From an uncultured Gammaproteobacteria bacterium (GTDB lineage Bacteria > Patescibacteriota > Patescibacteriia > 2-01-FULL-39-33): 64,000 bases of DNA. The DNA lies in assembly GCA_964536975.1 (NCBI GenBank), contig CAZHYS010000003.1:15419-79418 (forward strand), written 5' to 3'. The notes under the pieces were generated by a model that saw only the letters and a list, made by a program, of their open reading frames with translations, had not been told where the DNA came from and did no database searches. This document shows positions 37,550-48,631 of this stretch, one piece after another; the first letter of the stretch is position 1; every line of letters begins with the position of its first letter. The translations under genes and the position numbers were made by a program.

Positions 37550-38924
37550 TCTTCGCAAAATAATTGACGGTCTGGTTTATCTTTTCGTCTTTTTACTGCC
37601 TTGGCAAACCGTTTGGATTGTGGAGGAAAGATTTTTGGGCGGCGCCAAGTGGCAGGCCGGCACAGTCGCTATTTACGGCACGGAGATCTTGTTGTGGCTG
37701 ATCATTATTTTGTCGTTGGTCGTTTGGGCTAAAGAAAAAAACAACAAAATGTCTTTTGATTCTTTCCGATCATCTATTACCAATCACTATTTGCCCGTCA
37801 CTGGTTACTCGTTGCTAATTTCTATTTTCCTTCTCTGCTCCCTCCTCTCAATTTTTTGGTCCGGCGATAAGCAGTTGGCGCTCTATTGGTGGATCAAGCT
37901 GGCTGAAGGCATCGTGCTATTTTTTGTTGTTTCATTCGGACGTCTCCGCGTCAGAAAAATCTGTTGGCCGCTCGCTCTATCTGGCGCTGTCCAAGGCGTT
38001 TTGGCGATTTGGCAATTTTTGGTCCAGGAAGTAGCGCCTAATAAGTGGCTCGGCTTGGCCGCGCATTTGCCCGCTGAATTGGGAACGGCCGTTGTGGCCA
38101 CATCGGACGGCCGCTGGCTTCGGGCTTATGGCGCTTTTTCTCATCCGAATATTTTGGGTGGATTTTTGGCAATTAGTTTTTTTGCCACCCTTTTTTTGTA
38201 TCTGAACTATCGTCCCGGCGGCCGGAAAATTATATTAGCGTCGTCTTTATTGGCTATCTCCGGCGGATTATTTTTCAGTTTTTCCCGCAGCGCGTGGCTA
38301 GCGGCAGTGACGGCTTATGGCGTATGGCCTATGGCGTATGGCCTATGGCGTATGGCCTATGGCGTATGGCCTATAGCAAATAGCAAATGGCAAATGGCCG
38401 GCAACAAAAAATTTTTGGAAATTATCAAACCGACATTGTATCTGCTTTTTGTTTTTTTGGTTTTATTCTCTATTTATCGCCCGCTGGTAGCGGCGCGCGT
38501 CGTTTCCAGTGACCGATTGGAGATAAAATCCGTTCAAGAGCGGCTAGACTCTGTTGCTAACGCCGAGCAAATGGTTAAAAGTCATTGGCTTGCCGGAGTT
38601 GGCATCGGTAATTATACTTTTTCGCTTCATCAAAAGAATCCCGGCTTGCCCGCCTTTGCCTATCTGCCGGCGCACAATCTGTATCTTTTGATCGCGGTCG
38701 AGCTGGGCCTGGTCGGCAGCTTGATTTTTCTGGCGATAATCGCATCTTTTTTTCTGTCCGCTTGGCGCCGATCACCCCGGGAGTTTTGGCCGGCAATCTT
38801 TCTGGCGATAATTTTGATCTTGGGCTGTTTTGACCATTACTTTTGGACCAGCTATTCCGGGCTCATGCTATGGTGGCTGACAGCGGCGCTAATTGTAAAA
38901 AAAGAGCCAGATAGCGGCTCTTGA
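37542..38924 (+). CDS. O-antigen ligase / O-oligosaccharyltransferase family protein
   Basis: RAYGAFSHPN, FSFSRSAW, GVGIGN, PAHNLYL..ELGLVG; many TM helices. Confidence 0.88.
   Translation: MDNLRKIIDGLVYLFVFLLPWQTVWIVEERFLGGAKWQAGTVAIYGTEILLWLIIILSLVVWAKEKNNKMSFDSFRSSITNHYLPVTGYSLLISIFLLCSLLSIFWSGDKQLALYWWIKLAEGIVLFFVVSFGRLRVRKICWPLALSGAVQGVLAIWQFLVQEVAPNKWLGLAAHLPAELGTAVVATSDGRWLRAYGAFSHPNILGGFLAISFFATLFLYLNYRPGGRKIILASSLLAISGGLFFSFSRSAWLAAVTAYGVWPMAYGLWRMAYGVWPIANSKWQMAGNKKFLEIIKPTLYLLFVFLVLFSIYRPLVAARVVSSDRLEIKSVQERLDSVANAEQMVKSHWLAGVGIGNYTFSLHQKNPGLPAFAYLPAHNLYLLIAVELGLVGSLIFLAIIASFFLSAWRRSPREFWPAIFLAIILILGCFDHYFWTSYSGLMLWWLTAALIVKKEPDSGS
38316..38399 (+). repeat. In-frame heptamer array: (TATGGCG TATGGCC)x4 plus four degenerate units
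   Basis: Read directly; 12 heptamers = 84 nt. Confidence 0.9.
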
Positions 38925-38965
38925 CAGTCGCCCCTCCCTTGGGATAAAATGAGATTGGAAAACAT

Positions 38966-38992
38966 TTAGCACTCTAAATTATAGAGTGCTAA
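38966..38992. promoter_or_regulatory. CIRCE (HrcA operator)
   Basis: TTAGCACTC-N9-GAGTGCTAA between the promoter (TTGACA 38921, TAAAAT 38945) and groES. Confidence 0.95.
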
Positions 38993-39028
38993 ATTATCTC
39001 AATTTAATAATAATTTCAGCTAAAATCT

Positions 39029-39304
39029 ATGACTATCAAACCGATTGGCGACCGCATTTTGGTCAAGCCGGTGACAGAAGAAGAAGTCACCAAATCCGGA
39101 ATTGTTTTGCCTGATAGTATTGATAAGGAAAAGAAAGCCGAAGGCGAAATCATCGCGCTCGGCGGCGGCGAGAAAGTCGCGCCGCTGGGATTATCCGTTG
39201 GTCAGAAAGTCCTTTTCGGCAAATACGCCGGCGAGGAAGTGAAAGTCGGCGATGACGAGTACAAGATTCTGAATCATGACGACATTTTGGCAGTCGTTGA
39301 ATAA
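39029..39304 (+). CDS. groES: Co-chaperonin GroES
   Basis: IKPIGDRILVK, TKSGIVLP, KYAG. Confidence 0.96.
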   Translation: MTIKPIGDRILVKPVTEEEVTKSGIVLPDSIDKEKKAEGEIIALGGGEKVAPLGLSVGQKVLFGKYAGEEVKVGDDEYKILNHDDILAVVE

Positions 39305-39441
39305 ATAATTAAATCGCAAATTAAATATCTTCTCTTTGTCTGAAGGAGACACCTCCATTCCCCCCCCCTCCTTGTCTGAAGGATGGGGGCGGGGGGAGGT
39401 AAAATCAATAATTACAATTAAAATTAAAAATTATAAATTAA

Positions 39442-41085
<1,644 letters not shown>

Positions 41086-41091
41086 GTATTA

Positions 41092-41400
41092 GTCCAAAGT
41101 TTATAAAGTTATAAAGTTCATAAAGTCAGGATTTGGAGGTGTAGGGGCGGGCAGCAGTTCCCCCTCCTTGTTTGAAGGAGGGGGTAGGGGGAGGTAGGGA
41201 AGGGATATTTTCCGACAACTCCTCCGCCCGAATCCGTAGAAGACGGGGCATGCCCCGTCTTTTTTGGTGTTATTATTGTTTTACCGCGGCGGACTTGGCA
41301 ATCCTATTTCCATACTGTCATCCCGACTAAGTCCGCCACGGCGGACGCATAGAGGGATCCCTCGGCTGCGCATTTCAATCGGGATCGCCATGGTTGTCCG
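41092..41400. repeat. Composite repeat module after groEL
   Basis: taaagtt array, CCCCT/AGGGG hairpin, GTAG-type and GTCATCCCG-type palindromes; homologous to 62428-62700. Confidence 0.7.
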
Positions 41401-41574
41401 TCCCAAAGACTCACAATAGCAGTATTTGCCGATTCCACGGATTATAATGTTTATCTGCCGTCGCGGATTCGTAGATTTGTAATTAATTCGTAGATTTGTG
41501 GGGGATCAATGTTCCATTTTTTGTAATTTCATGCTATAATATTCTAAACTTCGCTAAAAAATAATCCTTAGCGT

Positions 41575-44001
41575 ATGACCAAGAGGTTGCCACTTTTTAT
41601 CCTGCCGATTTTGATGTTGGGAGGATTTTTTGTTTGCGCGGATTTCGCTCGCGCCGCTGATTATGATATTACCGGTACGGAAGTTTGGGAGGGCGGGCAG
41701 ACCATCGTCGTTGACCAGCTTCTAAGCGTCAATGTGACCGGCAAGTTGACTATCAAGCCGGGGACACTGATCAAGATGGGTGAGGGCGCGGCGATTATTG
41801 TTCGCGGCGAATTGATTATTGAAGGCGCGGCCGACAATCCGGTGGTAATCACTTCGCTCAAAGACGATAGTATCGGCGGTGACACCAATGGCGACGGCAG
41901 TGCCACTGTGGCAGCACCCGGCGATTGGTGGACTGTCGCCATCGCCTATCCGACGTCCAAATTTTTTGCTGATTACACGGTCATTCGGTACGGCGGCGGA
42001 CTAAACGGAACCATTGACAGTGTGATCATGTCCATGTCGGCCCAAGAAGTGAAGATAGACCACAGCACTATCGTTGACAACGCCGGCACCATCAGCAATC
42101 GCGTGGATAATTTTCATCTCAATAATTCCAATGTTTACGCTTTTTACGCCGACGAAGGCGAAATGAGCGGCATCAACAACACCGGCGAAGCGGCGATTGA
42201 TTTGACAAATAATTATTGGGGACATCCGGACGGCCCGACGACCGTGGCGGATTATATAAACGGCGACATCAAGGGGACGCTTGTAATGGGCGAGGCAAAT
42301 TATGAGCCGTACAACAGCGAAAAAATAATTTATTCCCGCCGGATTGATCCGGTCATTGTCATTCCGGGAATTTTGGGAAGCTGGAAAGTGAATGGCGAGT
42401 GGCGGTTGGACCCTATCTTGGGTACCTACAACAATCTGATGGAGGCGTTTATCTCCGCCGGCTACTATGAGCCGACTTGGGCAAATTGGCTCTTGGGTCG
42501 CAAGCCGACCCTATTTGCTTTTCCGTATGACTGGCGGCAGGACAACGCTATCACCGCGGATATGCTCAAGGAAAAAATTCAGGAGGTGAAGGAGAAATCC
42601 GGCCGCGACAAAGTGGATATTGTCGCGCATTCAATGGGCGGACTGGTGGCGCGGGCGTACATACAGAGCGACGATTATCAAAACGATGTGGATCAGGTGA
42701 TTTTTCTCGGCACGCCACATTTGGGGTCGGTGGATAGTTACAATAGAAGAGAAGGTGCTTATTTTGGAAATAAACCAATAGATTTTTTATTTAAAACAGT
42801 TTTTCAATTAGAGGCCAATGCCAACGGCTATTTGAGCTTGGTTGACTATATTAGAAATGAAGTGCCGACGGTCGGCCAATTATTGCCGATCTATGATTAT
42901 CTGAAAGACAAAACCGCCGGCGTTTGGCAACTCCGAAGCTATCCGACCAATTATCCACGAAATGAATTTTTGGAAGGCCTCAACTCCGCCGACAGGTTGT
43001 CGCGTTTGACCCAGCGGACAAATGTCACCAATATCATTGGTAATATAAGTGAAGGCACCTTGCGCTATATCCGAGTCGTTCCCGACCCAAATACCAAGGA
43101 CAAACTGTGGCAATACGGCTATCCGGAAAATCTGCGGGACAATGAAAATTCTTTTGAGTCGGCAGACGGCGACGGCACTGTCTCTGCCAACAGTTCTAAT
43201 GCGATTTCCGACGCGCGCATGATTGAGCTGTCCGGCGATCATCTGGCGCTCCCCACTCTCGCCCAGCAGGATGTGATTGAAGCTTTGACTGGCCGGCGGC
43301 CGACCGCGTATCTTGATAACGCGCAAGCTTACAATGCCCGCCGTTGGACTATTTTGCGGGTGTATTCGCCGGTGGATTTCGTGGTTATTGATCCGCTTGG
43401 CCGCCGCGTGGGCAAGGATTTTGCCAATAGCACGACGACCAATGAGATTGCCGGCGCGTTTTATACCGGCTTTGACAGCGAAGTGGAATTTGTCGCCATT
43501 CCCGATCCCGTGGACGGCGAGTATCGGGTGGAGCTTCAGGGTGTTGATGGCGGTGGCGAATACAAGCTGGCAGTGAGCTTTGTTGACGAAGATAATGCGT
43601 CTCTTAACAGCGAAGCGGAAGTGAAGTCGTTTATCGCCGCCGGCGCCGTTGATAGCTTCACGGTTGATTATAGCGCGTCTTCTACCGCCGAGCCGTCTTT
43701 TGAGTCGGAAGTTGATTTTGCCAAGTTGATAGATATTACCAATGCTCTATACGAGCAAAAGGAGATAGCCAAAAAAGAAATTTACAAGATCTTGATCAAT
43801 GATTTCCGCCAGCTGGAGAAAAACTACAATCAAATGGATGGCAAGCACAAGCTCAAAGATAAAATCTTGGAAAAATATATCATCGTCCGCTTGGAAATTA
43901 TCAAGAAAAGCCTGGAGCTGTATCAGCGCCATAAATGGATTTCTACTACCGCCAAAAATGTGCTCGTTTCAAATATAAATTTGTTAATTAATAAATTTTA
44001 A
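41575..44001 (+). CDS. Secreted alpha/beta-hydrolase (PGAP1/LCAT-like lipase) with N-terminal beta-helix-like domain
   Basis: Signal peptide, VIVIPGILGS, FPYDWR, AHSMGG, LGTPHLGS, GDGTV. Confidence 0.85.
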   Translation: MTKRLPLFILPILMLGGFFVCADFARAADYDITGTEVWEGGQTIVVDQLLSVNVTGKLTIKPGTLIKMGEGAAIIVRGELIIEGAADNPVVITSLKDDSIGGDTNGDGSATVAAPGDWWTVAIAYPTSKFFADYTVIRYGGGLNGTIDSVIMSMSAQEVKIDHSTIVDNAGTISNRVDNFHLNNSNVYAFYADEGEMSGINNTGEAAIDLTNNYWGHPDGPTTVADYINGDIKGTLVMGEANYEPYNSEKIIYSRRIDPVIVIPGILGSWKVNGEWRLDPILGTYNNLMEAFISAGYYEPTWANWLLGRKPTLFAFPYDWRQDNAITADMLKEKIQEVKEKSGRDKVDIVAHSMGGLVARAYIQSDDYQNDVDQVIFLGTPHLGSVDSYNRREGAYFGNKPIDFLFKTVFQLEANANGYLSLVDYIRNEVPTVGQLLPIYDYLKDKTAGVWQLRSYPTNYPRNEFLEGLNSADRLSRLTQRTNVTNIIGNISEGTLRYIRVVPDPNTKDKLWQYGYPENLRDNENSFESADGDGTVSANSSNAISDARMIELSGDHLALPTLAQQDVIEALTGRRPTAYLDNAQAYNARRWTILRVYSPVDFVVIDPLGRRVGKDFANSTTTNEIAGAFYTGFDSEVEFVAIPDPVDGEYRVELQGVDGGGEYKLAVSFVDEDNASLNSEAEVKSFIAAGAVDSFTVDYSASSTAEPSFESEVDFAKLIDITNALYEQKEIAKKEIYKILINDFRQLEKNYNQMDGKHKLKDKILEKYIIVRLEIIKKSLELYQRHKWISTTAKNVLVSNINLLINKF

Positions 44002-44006
44002 AATTT

Positions 44007-44402
44007 ATGAAAATAAATTGGTCAAAAATTTTAATTTCATATTTTTCGGTGTTAATTTTGGTAGTTTTCTTAAGCTCAGTCGCTGCCATCGTTTTTGCGG
44101 GTAATTTGTATCAGTCTATATTCAGTCCCGTTTATAACTCTGGTTTATTAACCTTAGGAGGAGAAGGTTTGGATACCTTTTTAGGTGGCTTTTTGTTGTC
44201 ATATGCTTTATTATTGCCTTTACTATCATTCCTTATCATTTCCAGTAAAAAATGGATTTGTTGGCTTATTTTTATAATTCCATTCTTATTTTTCTTTTTA
44301 ACTGATAGCAAATGGTTTTCATGCTTCATCATCCTCACTATCCTCGGCGGCCTCATCGGCTGGCTGATTAAGTTGGTTTACACAAAGATCAAAAAACAGT
44401 AA
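44007..44402 (+). CDS. Low-GC four-TM membrane protein
   Basis: Starts 5 nt after the lipase stop; hydrophobic throughout. Confidence 0.65.
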   Translation: MKINWSKILISYFSVLILVVFLSSVAAIVFAGNLYQSIFSPVYNSGLLTLGGEGLDTFLGGFLLSYALLLPLLSFLIISSKKWICWLIFIIPFLFFFLTDSKWFSCFIILTILGGLIGWLIKLVYTKIKKQ

Positions 44403-44410
44403 AACCATTT

Positions 44411-44780
44411 TCCCTCCCCTTTATAAGGGGAGGGCAGGGAGGGGTATTATCACCCTGTCCGCCTTTATATTACGAACGAGGGAGCCTTTATAATTCTTCC
44501 CCCTCCTTACGAAGGAGGGGGTAGGGGGAGGTCAGATTAATTTATCCCCCCAATTTTTCCTCCCCTTACCAAGGGGAGGAGCCTGCCCTGAGCGAAGCCG
44601 AATGGGTATCTCCCCCCCCCTTGTTCTAAAGAAGGCATCTCTGTTCTTCCCCCTCCTTACGAAGGAGGGGGTAGGGGGAGGTCAGATTAATTTATTTCCA
44701 CCGCCCCCGCCAAAACCGATTACAATTTTGGCGACCCCTCCTTCGGACAAGGAGGGGTAATAAAAATACGAGGGGAGGGT
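44411..44780. repeat. Dense cluster of CCCCT-N-AGGGG palindromes
   Basis: At least five hairpins; a 52-bp unit repeated exactly at 44494 and 44644. Confidence 0.85.
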
Positions 44781-44910
44781 TTTTTATGTGTAATAGATGT
44801 GATTGATCTCCGGAGATGTCTCCATAGATATCTCCGGAGATTTTTAGTTTGACTTTTGGAGCCGAAAGTGGGAAAATTATGGTATTAATTTAATTCTTGT
44901 TTCCAAAATT

Positions 44911-46944
44911 ATGGCAAAAATCTTAGAAATCATCAAAGACTCAAGTTATAATCTTTCAATTTTTGATCAGAAACTGATTGACGAGCTGGAAGGTAAAGTC
45001 ACCACAAAAGACGGCAAATCTTATGTTGTTTGCGCTATCCGAGATAAAGAAATAATTTTGAAGCCGGAGGAGGTTGTCCGCCAGCTCTATGCGATGAAAC
45101 TGCTTGAAGATTACGGCTATCCAAAACAAAGAATCAAATTTGAACACGCAATCCATTTTGGCCGTGAGGTAAAATCTGCCGACATTGTTATTTTTGACAA
45201 AGACCGCCCGACTGTTGAATACATCATTGTTGAAATTAAAAAACCAAAACTCCAAGACGGAAAAAACCAGCTCCGCTCCTACACCAACGCCACTGGTGCG
45301 CCGATTGCCGTTTGGACCAATGGTGGACAAATTTCGCATTACAACCGCAAAGACCCAAATTACTTTGAAGACATTACCGATATTCCAAAAGCCGACCAAA
45401 CGCTTGAAGATATTTTGAAAGAAAGATTTACTCTTAAAGACTTAATCATCAAAGACAAAATCCCGAACGAGGGGAAATCGCTCAAAACCATTATTCAGGA
45501 AATGGAAGATGAAGTTTTGGCAAATGCGGGCGTAGATGTCTTTGAAGAAGTTTTTAAACTTATTTTCACCAAACTGTACGATGAATTACAGAGCAAAAAA
45601 GACAAAATGCGTCTGGAAATTTATCTTGAGGATAAATTAAGCAAAGAAGATCGCGGAGATTATGACAAAGTAAAAGAAATTTTGGCAAAAATTGACGATT
45701 CCAGTTTCAGAGTTTTGGAATTTAGAAACACAGGTCAATCCGAGAGCGAACTAAAAAATAAAATTCAAAAACTTTTTGACGAAGCCAAAGCCAAATGGCC
45801 GGGCGTTTTTGACGAAGCAAGCCAAATTCAGCTTTCGCCCTCTCATCTTTCCGTCAGCGTTTCCAGTTTGCAGGATATAAAACTTTTCAATTCCAATCTG
45901 CAAATCATAGACGAAGCCTTTGAATACTTGGTCAATAAATCATCAAAAGGCGAAAAAGGCCAATACTTCACGCCTCGTCATGTGATTGATATGTGCGTCA
46001 AAATGCTCAATCCGAAAGCTGGCGAATACATGGTAGATACTGCCGCCGGTTCTTGCGGATTTACCGTTCATACGATTTTTCAAATCACCGGACATTTATT
46101 CCAAAACACCGACATTTCCGAGGAAGAAAAAGAAAATGTGCTTAAAGTATTCGGTATTGATTTTGATGAAAAAGTCGTGCGCGTTGCTCGCACTTTAAAC
46201 TTGATCGCCGGAGACGGAAATACCAACGTTTTACATCTCAACAATCTTGATTATGAACGCTGGAATGAATCAATCCAAAATCGCGACTGGCTGGAAGTGT
46301 ACGGAGCGGGATTAAAACGCCTCGAAGCTCTACAAAAAGATAAAAGTTCCTACAAAGAATTTAATTTTGATATTCTCATGGCAAATCCGCCATTTGCCGG
46401 AGACATCAAAGAATCGCGCATAATCCACAAATACGATCTTGGCTACAACGAAAAAAACAAACCAAAATCAAAAGTTGGGCGCGATATTTTGTTTATCGAA
46501 AGAAACTTAAACTTTTTGAAGCCGGGCGGAAGAATGGCGATTGTTTTACCACAAGGCCGTTTTAATAATACTTCTGACAAGGCAATTCGCGAGTATATCG
46601 CCGAAAAAGGCAGAATCCTTGCCGTAGTCGGGCTTCATGTAAACACTTTTAAACCGCACACGGGAACAAAAACCAGCGTGCTTTTTGTGCAGAAATGGGA
46701 CGACAAGCTTTGCCCGAAAGTGGAGGATTATCCGATTTTCTTTGCCGTTTCCGAAAAATCCGGCAAGGACAATTCCGGCGAGTATGTTTTCGTCAAAAAC
46801 GGCAACAATCAGCCGAAACTAGATAAAAATGGGCACTTGATAATCAATCATGACTTGCACAATCACGACGGCGAATTGCCCGACGGCGTAGCGGAAAAGT
46901 TTATTGAATGGGCGAAGTCGGAAAAATTAAGTTTTTGGAAATAA
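44911..46944 (+). CDS. Type I-like/IIB restriction-modification protein: N-terminal HSDR_N-type nuclease fused to N6-adenine MTase
   Basis: KPEEVVRQ..ADIVI..VEIKK (PD-D/ExK), GQYFTPR, DTAAGSCGF, ANPPF. Confidence 0.88.
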   Translation: MAKILEIIKDSSYNLSIFDQKLIDELEGKVTTKDGKSYVVCAIRDKEIILKPEEVVRQLYAMKLLEDYGYPKQRIKFEHAIHFGREVKSADIVIFDKDRPTVEYIIVEIKKPKLQDGKNQLRSYTNATGAPIAVWTNGGQISHYNRKDPNYFEDITDIPKADQTLEDILKERFTLKDLIIKDKIPNEGKSLKTIIQEMEDEVLANAGVDVFEEVFKLIFTKLYDELQSKKDKMRLEIYLEDKLSKEDRGDYDKVKEILAKIDDSSFRVLEFRNTGQSESELKNKIQKLFDEAKAKWPGVFDEASQIQLSPSHLSVSVSSLQDIKLFNSNLQIIDEAFEYLVNKSSKGEKGQYFTPRHVIDMCVKMLNPKAGEYMVDTAAGSCGFTVHTIFQITGHLFQNTDISEEEKENVLKVFGIDFDEKVVRVARTLNLIAGDGNTNVLHLNNLDYERWNESIQNRDWLEVYGAGLKRLEALQKDKSSYKEFNFDILMANPPFAGDIKESRIIHKYDLGYNEKNKPKSKVGRDILFIERNLNFLKPGGRMAIVLPQGRFNNTSDKAIREYIAEKGRILAVVGLHVNTFKPHTGTKTSVLFVQKWDDKLCPKVEDYPIFFAVSEKSGKDNSGEYVFVKNGNNQPKLDKNGHLIINHDLHNHDGELPDGVAEKFIEWAKSEKLSFWK

Positions 46945-46970
46945 ATTATAATTTTAAATTACACAATCTT

Positions 46971-48053
46971 ATGAAGAAAAAAAATATTGAAGAATTAAAT
47001 AATGAATTTTTTGAAAAAGAAGATTCTGACGATGAATCTTTAAAACTTAAAGGGCCAATTATTAGTTATGGGGCGGACTACACTCTCGATTCAATTCGAC
47101 AGTACGTAAATGAGAGTAAGCAAATTATTGTACAGCCAAGCTTCCAAAGAAAATTTGTTTGGGATATAAAAAAGGCCAGCAAATTAATAGAATCTTTCAT
47201 TCTTGGTTATCCCGTGCCGAACATTTTGCTTGGGAGAGATCCTGATACTGAGGTCATGGAAGTAATAGATGGCCAGCAGAGAATTTTATCTATATGCGAC
47301 TTCTTTAAGGGCAGATTTAGAGACGAAAAAGTTTTTAAGTTAGCTGGCGATATTGACCAAAAATTTTTAAACAAAACCTTTGACGACCTAGATGAAGCTA
47401 TTCAAAAGAAATTAAGAAACGCGGTTTTGAAGGCTGTGGTCTTTGTCTATCCAAAAGATGACCCAAATATAAAATTTACAGCATTTCAACGTATTAACAC
47501 GGGGAGCGTTGTTTTAAACCAGCAAGAAATCAGAAACTGCATTTATGGGGGATCGTTAAATGATTTACTATTTAAAATAAATGAATACAACGAAGAATGG
47601 AGAGAACTCCTTGCTAAAAAACCGGATAAAAGAATGAAGGATGTAGAAACAATCTTGAGATTTTTTGCCGCTTACTTTAAAGGAAAAGATTATGAAAAGC
47701 CAATCACTAAATTTCTTAACGAATTTATGAATAAGAATAAAAATCTTTCTGAAGAAAAAGGAGCCGAATGGCAAGAATTATTTAACCAAACACTATCTAT
47801 CATTGTAAAAAATATTGGTAGCTCATTTCCCCGCACATCAAAATCAAAAACATTTAATAGAGCAGTTTTTGAATCTGTTATGACCGCCATAGCAGAACTG
47901 AAGAAAGAAAATAGGCTAAAAGTCAAATATTTAAAACGAAACTATACCAAACTAGTAGAAGATCCTAATTATCTTGATTCGGTAACTTCACAAACTTCCG
48001 ACAAGAAAAACTATAAAAACAGGATTGAAATAGCAATTAAAATGCTCTCGTGA
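46971..48053 (+). CDS. DUF262 (GmrS/ParB-like) domain protein
   Basis: QPSFQRKFVW, LIESFILGYPVP, VIDGQQR, FQRINTG..LNQQEIRN. Confidence 0.88.
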   Translation: MKKKNIEELNNEFFEKEDSDDESLKLKGPIISYGADYTLDSIRQYVNESKQIIVQPSFQRKFVWDIKKASKLIESFILGYPVPNILLGRDPDTEVMEVIDGQQRILSICDFFKGRFRDEKVFKLAGDIDQKFLNKTFDDLDEAIQKKLRNAVLKAVVFVYPKDDPNIKFTAFQRINTGSVVLNQQEIRNCIYGGSLNDLLFKINEYNEEWRELLAKKPDKRMKDVETILRFFAAYFKGKDYEKPITKFLNEFMNKNKNLSEEKGAEWQELFNQTLSIIVKNIGSSFPRTSKSKTFNRAVFESVMTAIAELKKENRLKVKYLKRNYTKLVEDPNYLDSVTSQTSDKKNYKNRIEIAIKMLS

Positions 48054-48063
48054 TTTTATATGT

Positions 48064-48624
48064 ATGAACGTTATTTTGGAAAGAAAAAAATATGTTGTTC
48101 GATTACTCGAGAATATAGAGAATTATCCTTCTACCAATCAATTCAAGCAAGAAATGATGACCTTTTCGTATGTTATAGTTTGTGGCGCTATTGAATTTAT
48201 GACAGAAACCATAATACAAGATTGGTTGAGTAAAACAATCAAACATCATAAAAGCTCATCCTACTATCGGGGGAGAAAATATGTTCAATATTTTTTAGAC
48301 ATTCAATCTCAAGCGCGAGAAAAAAATATTGACGATTTTCATAGTACAAACTTAGATAGCATTAGAAATCTTATTAAAGAGATGGCGGGAGAAACAGCGC
48401 GGAATAAATTTAATAACTTGTTTCAAAGTGCTCAAAACACTTTGGCATTGCAGCCGGATTTAAACGAGAGACTTAAACGAATTACCGATACTCGTCATTA
48501 TTTAGCCCACGGACAAAAAGTCCCAAATGATATACAACCCAATGTCCGGGAATTAAGAGAAGATTTTCTTTTTATATACAAGCATATTATAAATAATATC
48601 AAAAAATGTTTACCAAAAGTATAA
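48064..48624 (+). CDS. HEPN-domain protein (MAE_28990/RiboL-PSP-HEPN-like)
   Basis: All-helical protein with N-terminal CGAIE and C-terminal RHYLAHG (Rx4H) motif; follows DUF262. Confidence 0.7.
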   Translation: MNVILERKKYVVRLLENIENYPSTNQFKQEMMTFSYVIVCGAIEFMTETIIQDWLSKTIKHHKSSSYYRGRKYVQYFLDIQSQAREKNIDDFHSTNLDSIRNLIKEMAGETARNKFNNLFQSAQNTLALQPDLNERLKRITDTRHYLAHGQKVPNDIQPNVRELREDFLFIYKHIINNIKKCLPKV

Positions 48625-48631
48625 AATAACT

